DNA from: Mobula hypostoma
Taxonomy: Eukaryota
Reading direction: 5' to 3'
DNA length: 64,000 bases
Assembly: GCF_963921235.1 (NCBI RefSeq)
Contig: NC_086097.1
Location: 139,190,001 to 139,254,000, forward strand
In this document: positions 52,010 through 63,013 of the stretch, piece by piece
Position numbering within the stretch: the stretch's first letter is position 1
How the letters are laid out: every line of letters begins with the position of its first letter
Position numbers and translations under genes: made by a program
Notes under the pieces: model-generated
Told to the model about the DNA's origin: nothing
The model's input: the letters and a program-made list of their open reading frames with translations, nothing else
The model's database searches: none

Positions 52010-52535
52010 TATTCTATAGATGTGAGGTGGAAAGTATATTGACTGGCTTCATACGGGAACACCAATGCCTTTGAGTGGAAAGTTCTACAAAAGGTAGTGG
52101 ATTCGGCCCAGTGCGTGACAAGTACAACCCTCCCAACCATAGAGCACATCTACGTGAAACGTTGTTGTAGAAAAGCAGCATCCATCATCAAAGATCCTCA
52201 CAACCCAGGCCAAGCTGCTGCCATCAAGTAGAAGGTACAGGTGCTACAGGACTCGTACCACCAGCTTCAAGAACAGTTACTACCCCTCAACCATCAGGCT
52301 CTTGAACAAAAGAGGTTAACTACACCCATTCTATTTCTGGTTTCCCACAACCAATGATCTCACTTTAAGAACACTTTATCTTGTTATTTCATGCTCTCGT
52401 TATTTATTGCTATTTATTTCTTTGCTCATTGATCCTGTTTACTATCGATTTGCTGAGTTTGCCTGCAGGAAAAAGAATCTCAGAGTTGTATGTAGTAACA
52501 TGTATGTAGTCTGGTAATAAATTTTTCTTTGAACT
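52010..52535 (+). mobile_element. Rex1-like LINE 3' fragment
   Basis: FYRCEVESILTG, aaagcagcatccatcatcaaag, tail aataaa..ctttgaacttt. Confidence 0.75.
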
Positions 52536-52953
52536 TTTATTAACTACTGTCTCTCTCCACATGTATCTTTTCCCAATTCCACACCTCACCTTATCTAACT
52601 TACCATCTGCTCATCTCTGTTTCGAATTCCCCTCTTCCTCCATAAATTGCCTCTTTCTCACTTTCACTCTCCCCTTCAGTCTCTTCGTCATCATTCTCCC
52701 CATTTTATTTCCTATTTTGTCCGTCTCTGTTTAATTTCTGTTTAATTTTCTCAATAACTGTAACACAACTGTATATTCTGCATTCTGTTTTGCTTTTGAA
52801 CAATGTACTTATGTAGATCTGTCTGGTTTGTACACAAACAATAGCTTTTCACTGTATTTTGGTACATGAGACAATAATAAACTAATATCACTGCCCTTCT
52901 CTCTAACTTTTTTTAACTTTCCCTGTGTATTGACATACTTATTTATTTTGTAG

Positions 52954-53040
52954 GTTCCCAAGTTGTTCGAAAAGTTTTTAGTGTCTATCCTAACCATGGA
53001 GGCCAGAATGGAGCAACAAGGCTGACAATCAAAGGGCAAG
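52954..53040 (+). CDS. PKHD1L1: PKHD1L1 coding exon 2 (GSQVVRKVFSVYPNHGGQNGATRLTIKGQ)
   Basis: Start of an IPT/TIG domain; NGATRLTI.G.G as in vertebrate PKHD1L1; canonical AG/GT. Confidence 0.93.
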
Positions 53041-53123
53041 GTAAGAAAGGGTCTCTTCCTTCTCACTGAGCTAGCTTATACCCCCGCCTCACTGCTTCTA
53101 ATCCACTATTGATGTCTTGGCAG

Positions 53124-53268
53124 GGTTCTCAGTGGGGCATCAATTTGACTTTGGAGCAGAAGATGAAAAGTTGGGCAACAGCGTGCAGCTGGTATCGGAT
53201 ACCAGGTCCATCCCCTGTGATGTAGAGAGGGAATCCAGCCATGAAACACAGATTATCTGTTACACCAG
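53124..53268 (+). CDS. PKHD1L1: PKHD1L1 coding exon 3 (GFSVGHQFDFGAEDEKLGNSVQLVSDTRSIPCDVERESSHETQIICYTR)
   Basis: LGNSVQL, CDVE and QI.CYTR are conserved; 145 nt; canonical splice sites. Confidence 0.95.
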
Positions 53269-53864
53269 GTACTTGACTTCAACTCGTTAGAGTGACTTGA
53301 CTCACTCTGCAAATATGGAACAAGAAAATAGTTTAATTGAGACATAGGAGACTGCAGATGCTGGAATCTGGAGCAACAAAGAGTCAAACAAAGGAACTCG
53401 GGTGGGGTGGGTGCATTGCCAAGGACCATCTGTGGAGGAAAACAATTGTCAATACTTTGGGTCAAAAAACTGCATCAGGATAGTGAGTGGAGTATCTTAT
53501 GCCAAGACTCACGATGAGACCTTGTGGCCAAGCCTCAAATATTCTTCCAGTGGGAAGACAATCTCTCTGAAATCTGAGAGACTGCTTCCTGAGGCACAAT
53601 CACACCTGGCATAAACTCAACAGTAATTTAGGGTGCTACAGGTTAAAATTGCAAATGTAAATTGGTTTATTATTGTCACATGTACGAAGCTGCACTGAAA
53701 AACATAGTTTTGCCTGCCGTAAAAGCAAGAAAGTAATGTTGAGGCTTTATAAAGCACTGGTGAGGCCCTGCTTGGAGTATTGTGAGCAGCTCTAAGAAAG
53801 GATGTGCTAATATTGGAGAGGGTTCAAAGGAGGTTCACGAAAATGGTTCCAGGATTAAAAGGCT

Positions 53865-54497
53865 AAAAAGCAAGAGGATTCGAGTACAGGAGCAGGGAGG
53901 TACTGCTGCAGTTGTACAAGGCCTTGGTGAGACCACACCTGGAGTATTGTGTGCAGTTTTGGTCCCCTAATCTGAGGAAAGACATTCTTGCCATAGAGAG
54001 AGTACAAAGAAGGTTCACCAGATTGATTCCTGGGTTGGCAGGACTTTCATATGATGAAAGACTGGATCAACTAGGCTTATACTCATTGGAATTTAGAAGA
54101 TTGAGGAGGGATCTTATTGAAATGTATAAAATCCTAAAGGGATTGGACAGGCTAGATGCAGGAAGATTGTTCCCGATGTTGGGGAAGTCCAGAACGAGGG
54201 GTCACAGTTTGAGGATAAAGGGGAAGCCTTTTAGGACCGAGATTAGGAAAAACTTCTTCACACAGAGAGTGGTGAATCTGTGGAATTCTTTGCCACAGAA
54301 AACAGTTGAGGCCAGTTCATTAGCTATATTTAAGAGGGAGTTAGATATGGCCCTTGTGGCTAAAGGGATCGGGGGTATGGAGAGAAGGCAGGTACAGGGT
54401 TCTGAGTTGGATGATCAGCCATGATCATACTGAATGGCGGTGCAGGCTCGAAGGGCCAAATGGCCTACTTCTGCACCTATTTTCTATGTTTCTATGT
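53865..54497 (+). mobile_element. Young 5'-truncated CR1 inserted in an older CR1 fragment (53720-54925)
   Basis: ORF 53912-54424 is almost identical to the ORF2 C-terminus at 33 kb; TTTCTATG tail; the host sequence resumes at ~54500. Confidence 0.9.
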
Positions 54498-55975
54498 TTG
54501 CTTGTCATATGAAGAGCATTTGATGGCTTTGGGACTCTACTCACTGGAATTCAGAAACCTATTGAAACCTGCTGAATGTTGAAAGGCCTCGATAGAATAG
54601 ATGTGGAGAGGATGTTTCCAGTGGTGGGAGAGTCTAAGATCACAGGACACAGCCTCAAAATAGAGGGGTGTCCTTTTAGAATGGAGTTTCTTTAGCCAGA
54701 GGGTGGTGAATCTGCGCAATTCGTTGGAACAGGCAGCTGTGGGGGCTGAGTCATTGGGTATATTTAAGACAGAAGTTGATAGATTCTTGACCAGTCAGGG
54801 CCTGAAGAGACATGGAGAAGGCAGGAGATTGAAGCTGAGAGGGAAAATGGATCAGCCATGATGAAATGACGGAGCAGATGATGGGCCAAATGGCCTAATT
54901 CTGCTCCTATATCTGATGGTCTTTTGGTCTATCTACACAGATCATTTTGTTATAACAGTACATTAGGTAGTACAGGGGAAAAGCAATAAAAGACAGCAGA
55001 ATGAAGTGTTACAGTTACATAGAAAGTGTAGTGCAGGCAGACAATAAGGTACAAAGCCACAGGAGGTAGATTCTGAAGTCAAGAGTCCATCTCATTCTAT
55101 ATTGGACCATTCAATGTAACAGTGGAACTGAAGCTGTCCTTGATCCTGGTGATACATGCTTGCTGGCTTTGTATCTTCTGCTTAATGGGAGGGAGGAGAC
55201 AGAATGTCCGGGATTGGGTTGGATCTTTGATTATGTTGGTTGCTTTACTGAGGCAACTCCAACTATTCACCTTCAATCTCTATTTCCTCTCAGCTAGAGC
55301 CCTTGAGGGAGTTTATCCTATCTAGAATGGTATCATCTTGATAATCACATTCCCTTAGATTGTTGTATCCAAGACTTAGTGAACTCTGACATGTGCACTT
55401 TGACCTTGCTAGGTTTATACCCAACAGACACACACTGCTGGGTTACATCAAATTCCTACCCATGGGCATGTGGTGGTAACTATCTGTTCAATACTTCACG
55501 CTGGGTTTAACTGCTTCTCAGCATCTCCTTCCTCACAAATGCTGTCTTGTATGATTTGTCCCTGCTTGTATTTTAATATCAATTACGACCTATTTCAGCA
55601 GACATCTTCCATCAGGTTAAATCCCTACAAAGTACAGGAAGCATATTCAGCCAATGTGTCTCTGTCTTTCTGCAGTTCCTTTTAACCAGGGCAGGAGAGG
55701 GTGCAGAACCACAGTCTACAGCCAGTCCGAAACCACCGAGGTGCAGGATCCTTACTCCGATTAGTTTTCCCTGGGTGGATTTGCTCTGGCACACAATTTG
55801 GAGATTTAGGAACCAGGTGGTCAAAGCAAATCTGGAAATAGCGTGTTCTCCAAGCAGCAGCTCTGGAAGAAGAACCAGTTAACATTTCAGTTTGATGCCC
55901 ATTCACTGGAACCTTATAAAAGCTAATGATAAGATGGAGGGGGGTGGGGGGGGAGGAGTATGCTCAGTATTTCCA

Positions 55976-56305
55976 TGGTGACACAGTGGCACAGCTGGTA
56001 GAGCAACTACCCCACAGCTTCATCAATGTGAGGTTAACCCTGACCTCCGGTGCTGTTTCTGTGGAGTTCGCACATTCTCCCTGTAGATTTCCTCCAAGTA
56101 TTCCACTTTCCTTGCAGCTCCTTCAGACAGTGGGTTGCAAAGTTAATTGACAACTAGATTGCCTCTGGTGGCAGATAGAATCTGGGGGAGTTAGATGGGA
56201 ATGTAAGGAGAATAAAATGGGATTAGTGTCCGATTGGTGCTAGTGGGTGTTTGATGGTCAGTACAGACTCACAGTACTAAAGGAACTGTTCCGGTACTCT
56301 ATGGC
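55976..56305 (+). mobile_element. HE1/V-SINE-like element
   Basis: tRNA-like head cacagtggcacagctggtagagc, gtggagttcgcacattctccc core, CR1-like tail. Confidence 0.65.
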
Positions 56306-56432
56306 TAATGTGCTTTGTTTCTGATTTGAAACATTTTCAATATTTTTAAAAAATTTGTTTTGAAGTATTTGCATTGGTGATCCTTGAAGAAGCTGTTACT
56401 CCGATTTCAATGAATGTTCTTCCTTGTTACAG

Positions 56433-56511
56433 GCCTCTTCCATATGACACCTATGTTGTTGTAGTGACTGTGGATGGGGTTCCTATTGTTAACCGATGGA
56501 TAAAGTTTTAT
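56433..56511 (+). CDS. PKHD1L1: PKHD1L1 coding exon 4 (PLPYDTYVVVVTVDGVPIVNRWIKFY)
   Basis: VDGVP motif; acceptor ttacag|, donor |GTGAGT; phases 2/0 fit the neighbouring exons. Confidence 0.9.
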
Positions 56512-56699
56512 GTGAGTGAAAACTTTTTACTCTCACGTACTGCTTACAGCACATCAACCAAGAGAAGGGAAAATTTGAAGCAGAGATCTTAATCAGTAAC
56601 AATGAATCCAAATTAATAACAATGAATCATGGTTTGGGACTATTGTCTTTTGAAAGTCGATTGGTAGGGGTGTTCTGTGAGAGGGTAAGGAAATAACAC

Positions 56700-57265
56700 T
56701 GCAGCTACTGTATACAAAACTTCAGTCAGACTGCACGTGGGGTATTGAGTGTGGTTCTGATTGCCCCACTATGGGAAGCTTGCAGAGACTGTGGAGGGGT
56801 TACAGAAGAGGTTTACCAGCAAGCTACCTGGATTAGAGGGTATGAGCTATAAGGAAAGATCAGACAAACCTGGGTTGTTCACCCTAAAGTATCAAAGGCT
56901 GGGTGGGGGAGATCTGATAGAGTTTCTTCAAGTTATTAGAGGCATAGATGAGGTAGACAAGTCAGAACATTTCCCGTAGGTTAGAAATGTCCAACACCAG
57001 AGGATGCAATTTTAAGGTTAGAGGGAAGGCGGTCTGACGACAAGCTTTATAAGCAAAGAGCAGTAGGTGCCTGGAATGGCTATGGAAACAAGCAGTTTGA
57101 TGGAGTCTAAGAAGCTTTTGGATAGACACATGAATGTGCAGGGAGTAGAGGGATACGGATTACATGCAGGAAGAGAACATTTAGTATAAATTGATATCAG
57201 AATCAGCATAATCTTGTGGGCTGAATGGTTTGTCCAGTGATGTACTGTTCCATGTACATTCTATG
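56700..57265 (+). mobile_element. Degraded CR1 3' fragment
   Basis: ORF 56761-56979 LQKRFTSKLPGLEGMSYKER..GDLIE. Confidence 0.75.
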
Positions 57266-57522
57266 AAAAACATTTTCCCATCTTAGTGGAAGTAAACCTT
57301 CAGTGGTCAGACATTGGGCATCTTCTTGTGGAAGGAATAAAGGGCAGGTCTCTACCTTCACTGCCTGGGCAGTGTTTTAAAAGGGGTCTCATTTACCAGT
57401 AATAGGAACCGTTCCTTCCCCGTTGCGTCCCAAGAAAGACTGGGTGTCAGAAGTAAAAGCAAAATCACTCATTCCAGCTGAAGTTCAACACCATTGCTAA
57501 TTTATGATGTTTCCTTTCGCAG

Positions 57523-57580
57523 GCACGCAACTACCGTACCCCAACCATTGAGGAGATTTCACCAATGTCTGGATTGCCAG
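57523..57580 (+). CDS. PKHD1L1: PKHD1L1 coding exon 5 (ARNYRTPTIEEISPMSGLP)
   Basis: RTPTI..I.P.SG.PG motif; 58 nt; canonical splice sites. Confidence 0.93.
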
Positions 57581-57759
57581 GTCTGTGCATCAACGTATTC
57601 CTAGTTTCACAGCCAGTCAGACAGCAAAATCTTACCACAACAATATCATGCATGTCCACTTTCCCATGGGAATGGCATTTAATCAGGACCAAGTTTGAAT
57701 TAAAGAGAAGATAGCCACTAGCCTGTCCTTAAACACAGAAACTGATGATCTCATTGGCC

Positions 57760-58172
57760 CATAGAAACGTAGAAACATAGAAAATAGGTGCAGGAGTAGG
57801 CCATTCGGCCCTTCGAGCCTGTACCGCCATTCAGTATGATCATGGCTGATCATCCAACTCAGAACCCTGTACCTGCCTTCTCTCCATACCCCCGATCCCT
57901 TTAGCCACAAGGGCCATATCTAACTCCCTCTTAAATATAGCCAATGAACTGGCCTCAACTGTTTCCTGTTTCAGAGAATTCCACAGATTCACCACTCTCT
58001 GTGTGAAGAAGTTTTTCCTAATCTCGGTCCTAAAAGGCTTCCCCTTTATCCTCAAACTGTGACCCCTCGTTCTGGACTTCCCCAACATCGGGAACAATCT
58101 TCCTACATCTAGCCTGTCCAATCCCTTTAGAATTTTATACGTTTCAATAAGATCCCCCTCAATCTTCTAAAT
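57760..58172 (-). mobile_element. Young 5'-truncated CR1, inverted relative to 53865-54497
   Basis: Reverse complement of 54091-54496 with only about a dozen differences by eye. Confidence 0.92.
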
Positions 58173-58559
58173 CTTCATGTTCAGGTTTAGCCAACTGGGA
58201 GATGACTATTGTCTTTCTTATCCTGAGATTCTGCTCACATTACCGGTTCCTTGTGCTTTTCATGAAAAATGGCCTCTCTGAGATTGGAATGTCTTCTGTG
58301 CTCATTGTTAACATGAACAAGCCCAGCAGCAACTTCAGGAATCTGCTCAGTCATAGTTAAACTCAGAAATCTAGGAGTTACATGGTAATTCCATTATTCC
58401 ATGTATTGCAAGTTCTTACCAAACTCCTGCCATATTGGTGCTATTCCTGTTTCATGACAGTCTGTTTAAGACCATTATGTATTATCCAAAGCAACTTGCT
58501 GATTCAACATGTCACAATTGGCCCATCTTTCATTTCCAGTCCTGGGTCCTTTGTATCAA

Positions 58560-59640
58560 CTTGAGAGGCCAAAAGGATCCTCCTTTTGAAGGCTCATTCA
58601 TAAAGTCGGCAGTTATGGGATCAAGGGAAGCTTGGCTGTGTGGATTCATACAGAAAGCAGAGGGTGGCAGTAGATGGAATGTATTCTGAAAGGATCTGTT
58701 CTGTGACCCCTTGCTCTTTGTGATTTTTATAAATTACCTAAATAGAAAGTGGAACGGTGGGTTAGTAAGTTTGCAGGTGACACAAAGGTCGGTGGTGTGG
58801 ATAATGTAGTGTGGAACAAGACATTGACAGGGTGCAAAGCTGGGTGGAGAAGTGGCAGACAAAGTTCAGTGCAGAAAAGTGTGAAGTGATACACTTTGAA
58901 AGGGTGAACTTGATCGCACAGTACAAAGTTAATGGCAAGATCCTTGGCAGTGCGGAGGAACAGAGGGATCTTGGGGTCCAAGTCCACAGCAAGTGGTTAA
59001 GAAGGTGTACAGTGTGAAAGCCTTCACTAGTCAGGGCATTGAGTTCAAGAGCTGCGAGATAATGTTGCAGCTCTATAAAATCCTGAATAGACCGCAATTA
59101 GAGTACTGTGTTCAGTTTAGGTCACCTCATTATAGAAAGGATGTGGAAGCTTTAGAGAGAGTGCAGAAGAGGTTTACCAGGATGCTGCCTAGATTAGAGA
59201 GTATGTCTTATGAGGAGAGCTTGAGTGAGTTGGGGCTTTGCTCTTTGGAAAGAAAACTTGAGAGAAGACTCTGTTGAGAAGAGACTTGATAGAGATGCAT
59301 AAGATGTTAAAATGATAAGAGGCATAGACAGAGTGGACAGCCACCATCTTTATCCGAGGCTGGCAATGGCTAATATGAGTGGACATCTACTTAAAGAGAT
59401 TGAAGGAAAATATAGGGAGGATGTCAGTGTTTTTTTTAAAGTGTTAAGTGCCTGGAACACACTTCCAGGGGTGGTGGAAGAGGCAGATACATTAGGGACA
59501 TTTAGGAGATGCTTGGATAGGTACATGGTTAAAAGAAAAACTGTGGGAGGGGAGAGCTAGAATGATCTTGGAGCAGGTTCTAAGGTCAGCACAACATTGT
59601 GGACTGAAGGGCCTGTATTGTGCTGTTCTGTTCTATGTTC
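58560..59640 (+). mobile_element. Degraded CR1 fragment
   Basis: EKWQTKFSAEKCEVIHF, RPQLEYCVQF, AWNTLPGVV; gttctatgttc tail. Confidence 0.8.
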
Positions 59641-59862
59641 GACGGCACTTTAGCAGGAAAGTTGCACTTCTGACAGTGCTGCGCTCTCTCTGTATTTCAC
59701 TGGAGCATTGACCAAGATTGTGTGATCAAGTTTCTGGAGTGGGACTTGAACCAACATCTCTAAGAGTAGTTCCTGCATTACATTCTTCTAACTTTGCAAA
59801 TTGTAGCTCATTGTTCCAGCTCTTTACCTCTCCAACAATTTCTGATTTCCTTTGGTTCCTAG

Positions 59863-59956
59863 GCCAACTGATTACTATCCGAGGGAAAATTTTCACTGAT
59901 GTCTATGGCAGTAATAAACCAATGGATTCCAGTCACAGCAACACCAAGATTGTAAG
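59863..59956 (+). CDS. PKHD1L1: PKHD1L1 coding exon 6 (GQLITIRGKIFTDVYGSNKPMDSSHSNTKIVR)
   Basis: LITI.G.IFTDVYGSN conserved; 94 nt. Confidence 0.95.
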
Positions 59957-60358
59957 GTAACATAGATGAGTGAATCAACTGTGCAGGTCAGCCCAGTAAA
60001 ACACAGCACAGCTTGGAACTGCTTTGGTGTTCCTCTCCTGTCTTTTAAATGAAAACTGCTTAGCCATCAGGCTTAGACTGAGATGAGGTGTTCTCTTGAC
60101 AATAATTAGGATGAGGCACAGTCTGATCTGTAATTTTTTACCTTCATGGGCCTTTTTTACATCAGCAGCACAGCAGTGGAAACTGAGTAGTTTCAAACTT
60201 CTGGGACTGCACAACTCGCACAACTTCTTATGGTCCCAGAACAATCAGGAAAGCTCACCAAAGCCTCTACCTTCTGAGGAGGCTAAAAAGAGCTGGACAA
60301 TGCACGTCTATGCTCACCTCATTCTACAGGTGCACAATAGTGCATCCTAACATGCTGT

Positions 60359-60525
60359 TACTGGCCAGTGGTGTAGTGGCATCAGCACTGGACTCCGAGG
60401 CAGATGGTCCTGAGTTCGAATCCAGCCGGGTTCCAGCTTAGGCAGCAGAAAGGCCTGACGATCTACTTCCATGTCACGAAATACAGTGTCCATAGGGTCG
60501 CCATGAGTCACTCAACAACAACAGC
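60359..60525 (+). mobile_element. Short tRNA-headed SINE with RTE-like tail, inside a Rex1-like fragment
   Basis: A box TGGTGTAGTGG, B box GAGTTCGAATCC, tail ccatagggtcgccatgagtc + (CAA)n, 10-bp TSD AACATGCTGT (60349-60358, 60526-60535). Confidence 0.8.
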
Positions 60526-61465
60526 AACATGCTGTATCACTGCATAGTACAGAAACTGCGGCAGACAGGGAGATTCTACAACAGGTAGTCAAAACTACCC
60601 AACGCGTCACTGGCACCAGCCCACTTGCCATCAAGGGCATATGTATCTACAGAAAGGTGCCAGAAAAGGGCCAGTAACATCAGGAAGGATCCCACCCACC
60701 CTGTTTGTGGATTGTTTGTCCCACTCCCATCAGAAAGGAGGCTATGTCGTATTCATGCCAGGCTCAAAGCAGTAAGGCTGATCAACACCTCAACCCACTA
60801 ACCCACCCCTCCAAACCCCCAACCACCACTACTTTATCTTATGTGAAAACTCCTATGCCTAGCATCACTTCATGGACATGCAATCAATCTATGTATATAA
60901 GCTATCTTATGTATTTATATTTATTGTGTGCTTTTTATTATTATGTTCTTTACCTTATTGTGTTTTTTTTGTTGTGCTGCATTGGATCCGGAGTAACAAT
61001 TACTGTATTTTCTTCTCCTTTACACTTGAGTACTGGAAATGGTATTAAGCAATCTTGAAAATTGAATGAATCTTAATTCTGGAGCTGATGATTATGTGTG
61101 GTCAGAGCTCATGGTGAAGAAAAGGAATTCCATGTTTCGTAGTTTTCTGAGACTTTCAAACATCTAATACCACGGGGAGGGGAAGGGAAGACAAGACAAA
61201 GCTTTTGCAGTGCATCCATCCATGATCACTCAACCAGATCTTTCTCAAGAAGATCCTCTTTTTGTCCTGACCATGTCCTCCCTTTGAAGGTACACTGGGT
61301 ATGATTGCATTTGTAGCTTGGTAATGTAGCAAGCACTGCATATTTATCTGCTTTTTAAAACTCATTGAATCTACAATGGATATCCTTTAAAGTCTAGTTG
61401 TAAGCAGAGATTACAAATACCATTAACCCTGACTGATTAATTATGGGACATCTTTCTAATCCTAG

Positions 61466-61519
61466 AGTCTATGCTGGAGGAAAGCTCTGTGACTTACTTC
61501 ATCCGGACTCCGATAACTT
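61466..61519 (+). CDS. PKHD1L1: PKHD1L1 coding exon 7 (VYAGGKLCDLLHPDSDNL)
   Basis: VY.GG..C.LL.P.SDNL conserved; 54 nt; donor GTAAGT. Confidence 0.93.
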
Positions 61520-62308
61520 GTAAGTTTATCTAAATGTAATGAGGTTGTGAGTGATGTTTCGTTGAGTCTGCTTTGGTTCAGTCTGGCCCACTGTGATATC
61601 TGCTTAAAGTGACTCAGTCATTTTCTTCCCAAATTTGGACCAACTCATTCTGAACTTTCTGAGTTGCTTTCTACAATTCTGGGGGTAGTCCTAGCTTAAT
61701 CCAATCTGAAAAGTTGTCCCTTTGTTTATACACATAACCTGTTGGTGTGACTTTTGTGGTTGTAATTAAATTCCCAGTGGTTAACCGTCACTGGATCTTT
61801 GAGGTTGCTTCTTCCAAAGTTAGCAACCCGCATTGCTGCATCGCTACTGATGGTAAGAACCAGGACCTGGTGACTGGAGGACTACTGACACTCAGTACTC
61901 CTCAGCACTCCACTTAGGACTCCGGCCTACACCGCAAGCTGCCCTACCTTATATTTTACACCCTTCAACAAAGGGTGAACTGGTCTTGGGCAGTGAGACA
62001 AGGTAACAGCTTCAAATCCACGGTCTACCTGAAACCAGACCAACCCTCGAATCCGAAGAGCTGCTTTACCATCATCAACTTTGGACTTCATCCCTGAGGT
62101 TTATTTTGACTCCGAAGTTTTGAAACTTTGTGACTGGTGGCTGGTCGTGGAAGGAACCTTGCCAAGAAACTTTCTGCCTCATTAAGATCACTCTGAAGTT
62201 TCATATTGCCCTGGGAGAACTATTTTCCCATGTAGATTTCACCTTCCTGTAAACTGATTGCAATATTAATATTTTTGTTGAATACAATGCAAGATTTTAA
62301 ACTTGCAG

Positions 62309-62376
62309 GTATGGTTTGAAACTTAACTCCGGGAATAAAGGCACTATGACATGCAGAGTGACTGGTACATACACAG
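62309..62376 (+). CDS. PKHD1L1: PKHD1L1 coding exon 8 (YGLKLNSGNKGTMTCRVTGTYT)
   Basis: YGLKL..G.M.C..TGT conserved; phase-consistent. Confidence 0.92.
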
Positions 62377-62456
62377 GTAAGATTCATTAATGATCTATAA
62401 GACATTGTCAAAGCTGGAACAGGCATAGCATTTCAATTTCTCATTGCTGATTTCAG

Positions 62457-62499
62457 GTCACCATAATATGAGCTTCATTTTGGATAATGGCTATGGAAG
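62457..62499 (+). CDS. PKHD1L1: PKHD1L1 coding exon 9 (GHHNMSFILDNGYGR)
   Basis: HHN.SFILDN.YGR conserved; 43 nt after an 80-nt intron. Confidence 0.95.
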
Positions 62500-62942
62500 G
62501 TAAGACATTTCAACCAATTAACTTAAAATCACACAGTGGAAACTGTAGAGCCAATGTCACTGAGGGAGGCTTCATGTGTGCACACCAAGTATTGGTTTCT
62601 GTGCAATTATCCGCTGATAATTACATAGCATTAATTTGCTATTTGGTTTTCATGTACTTCAAATAAACTCTGAATCAAACTTCTAATGTTTTGTAATTTT
62701 TAGAGCAGACTTGATATTTTTGGGCTAGGTGGGAATTTTTCACATAGCATGCTTAAATGAGTATGTCACATCTTGAGCACCCATGCACACAACTCTCTCA
62801 GCATAACATATTTGTATGTTGTATGTAAATGTTACATTTATTAAGTAAATTTTCAAGCACTATATTCCAAAATACATTACTTTTATGGTGCAGTTTTCAC
62901 CTTTAGATCAAAATTGTGTGTTCCCTGTTACTCCCACTGCAG

Positions 62943-63013
62943 GTCTCTACCGACTGTGAAAGCTTATTTTGTCTCCTCTCTCAATAAACTCAGCATGTTC
63001 CAAACCTACTCAG
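62943..63013 (+). CDS. PKHD1L1: PKHD1L1 coding exon 10 (SLPTVKAYFVSSLNKLSMFQTYS); gene continues past window end
   Basis: AYFVSSLNK..MFQTY conserved; 71 nt. The ten exons total 766 nt in one open frame. Confidence 0.95.

Noticed and set aside
61720-62220. GC-richer intronic stretch as an extra exon or LTR
   Set aside because: Exons 7 and 8 join in frame without it, and no termini, TSD or protein motif could be identified.
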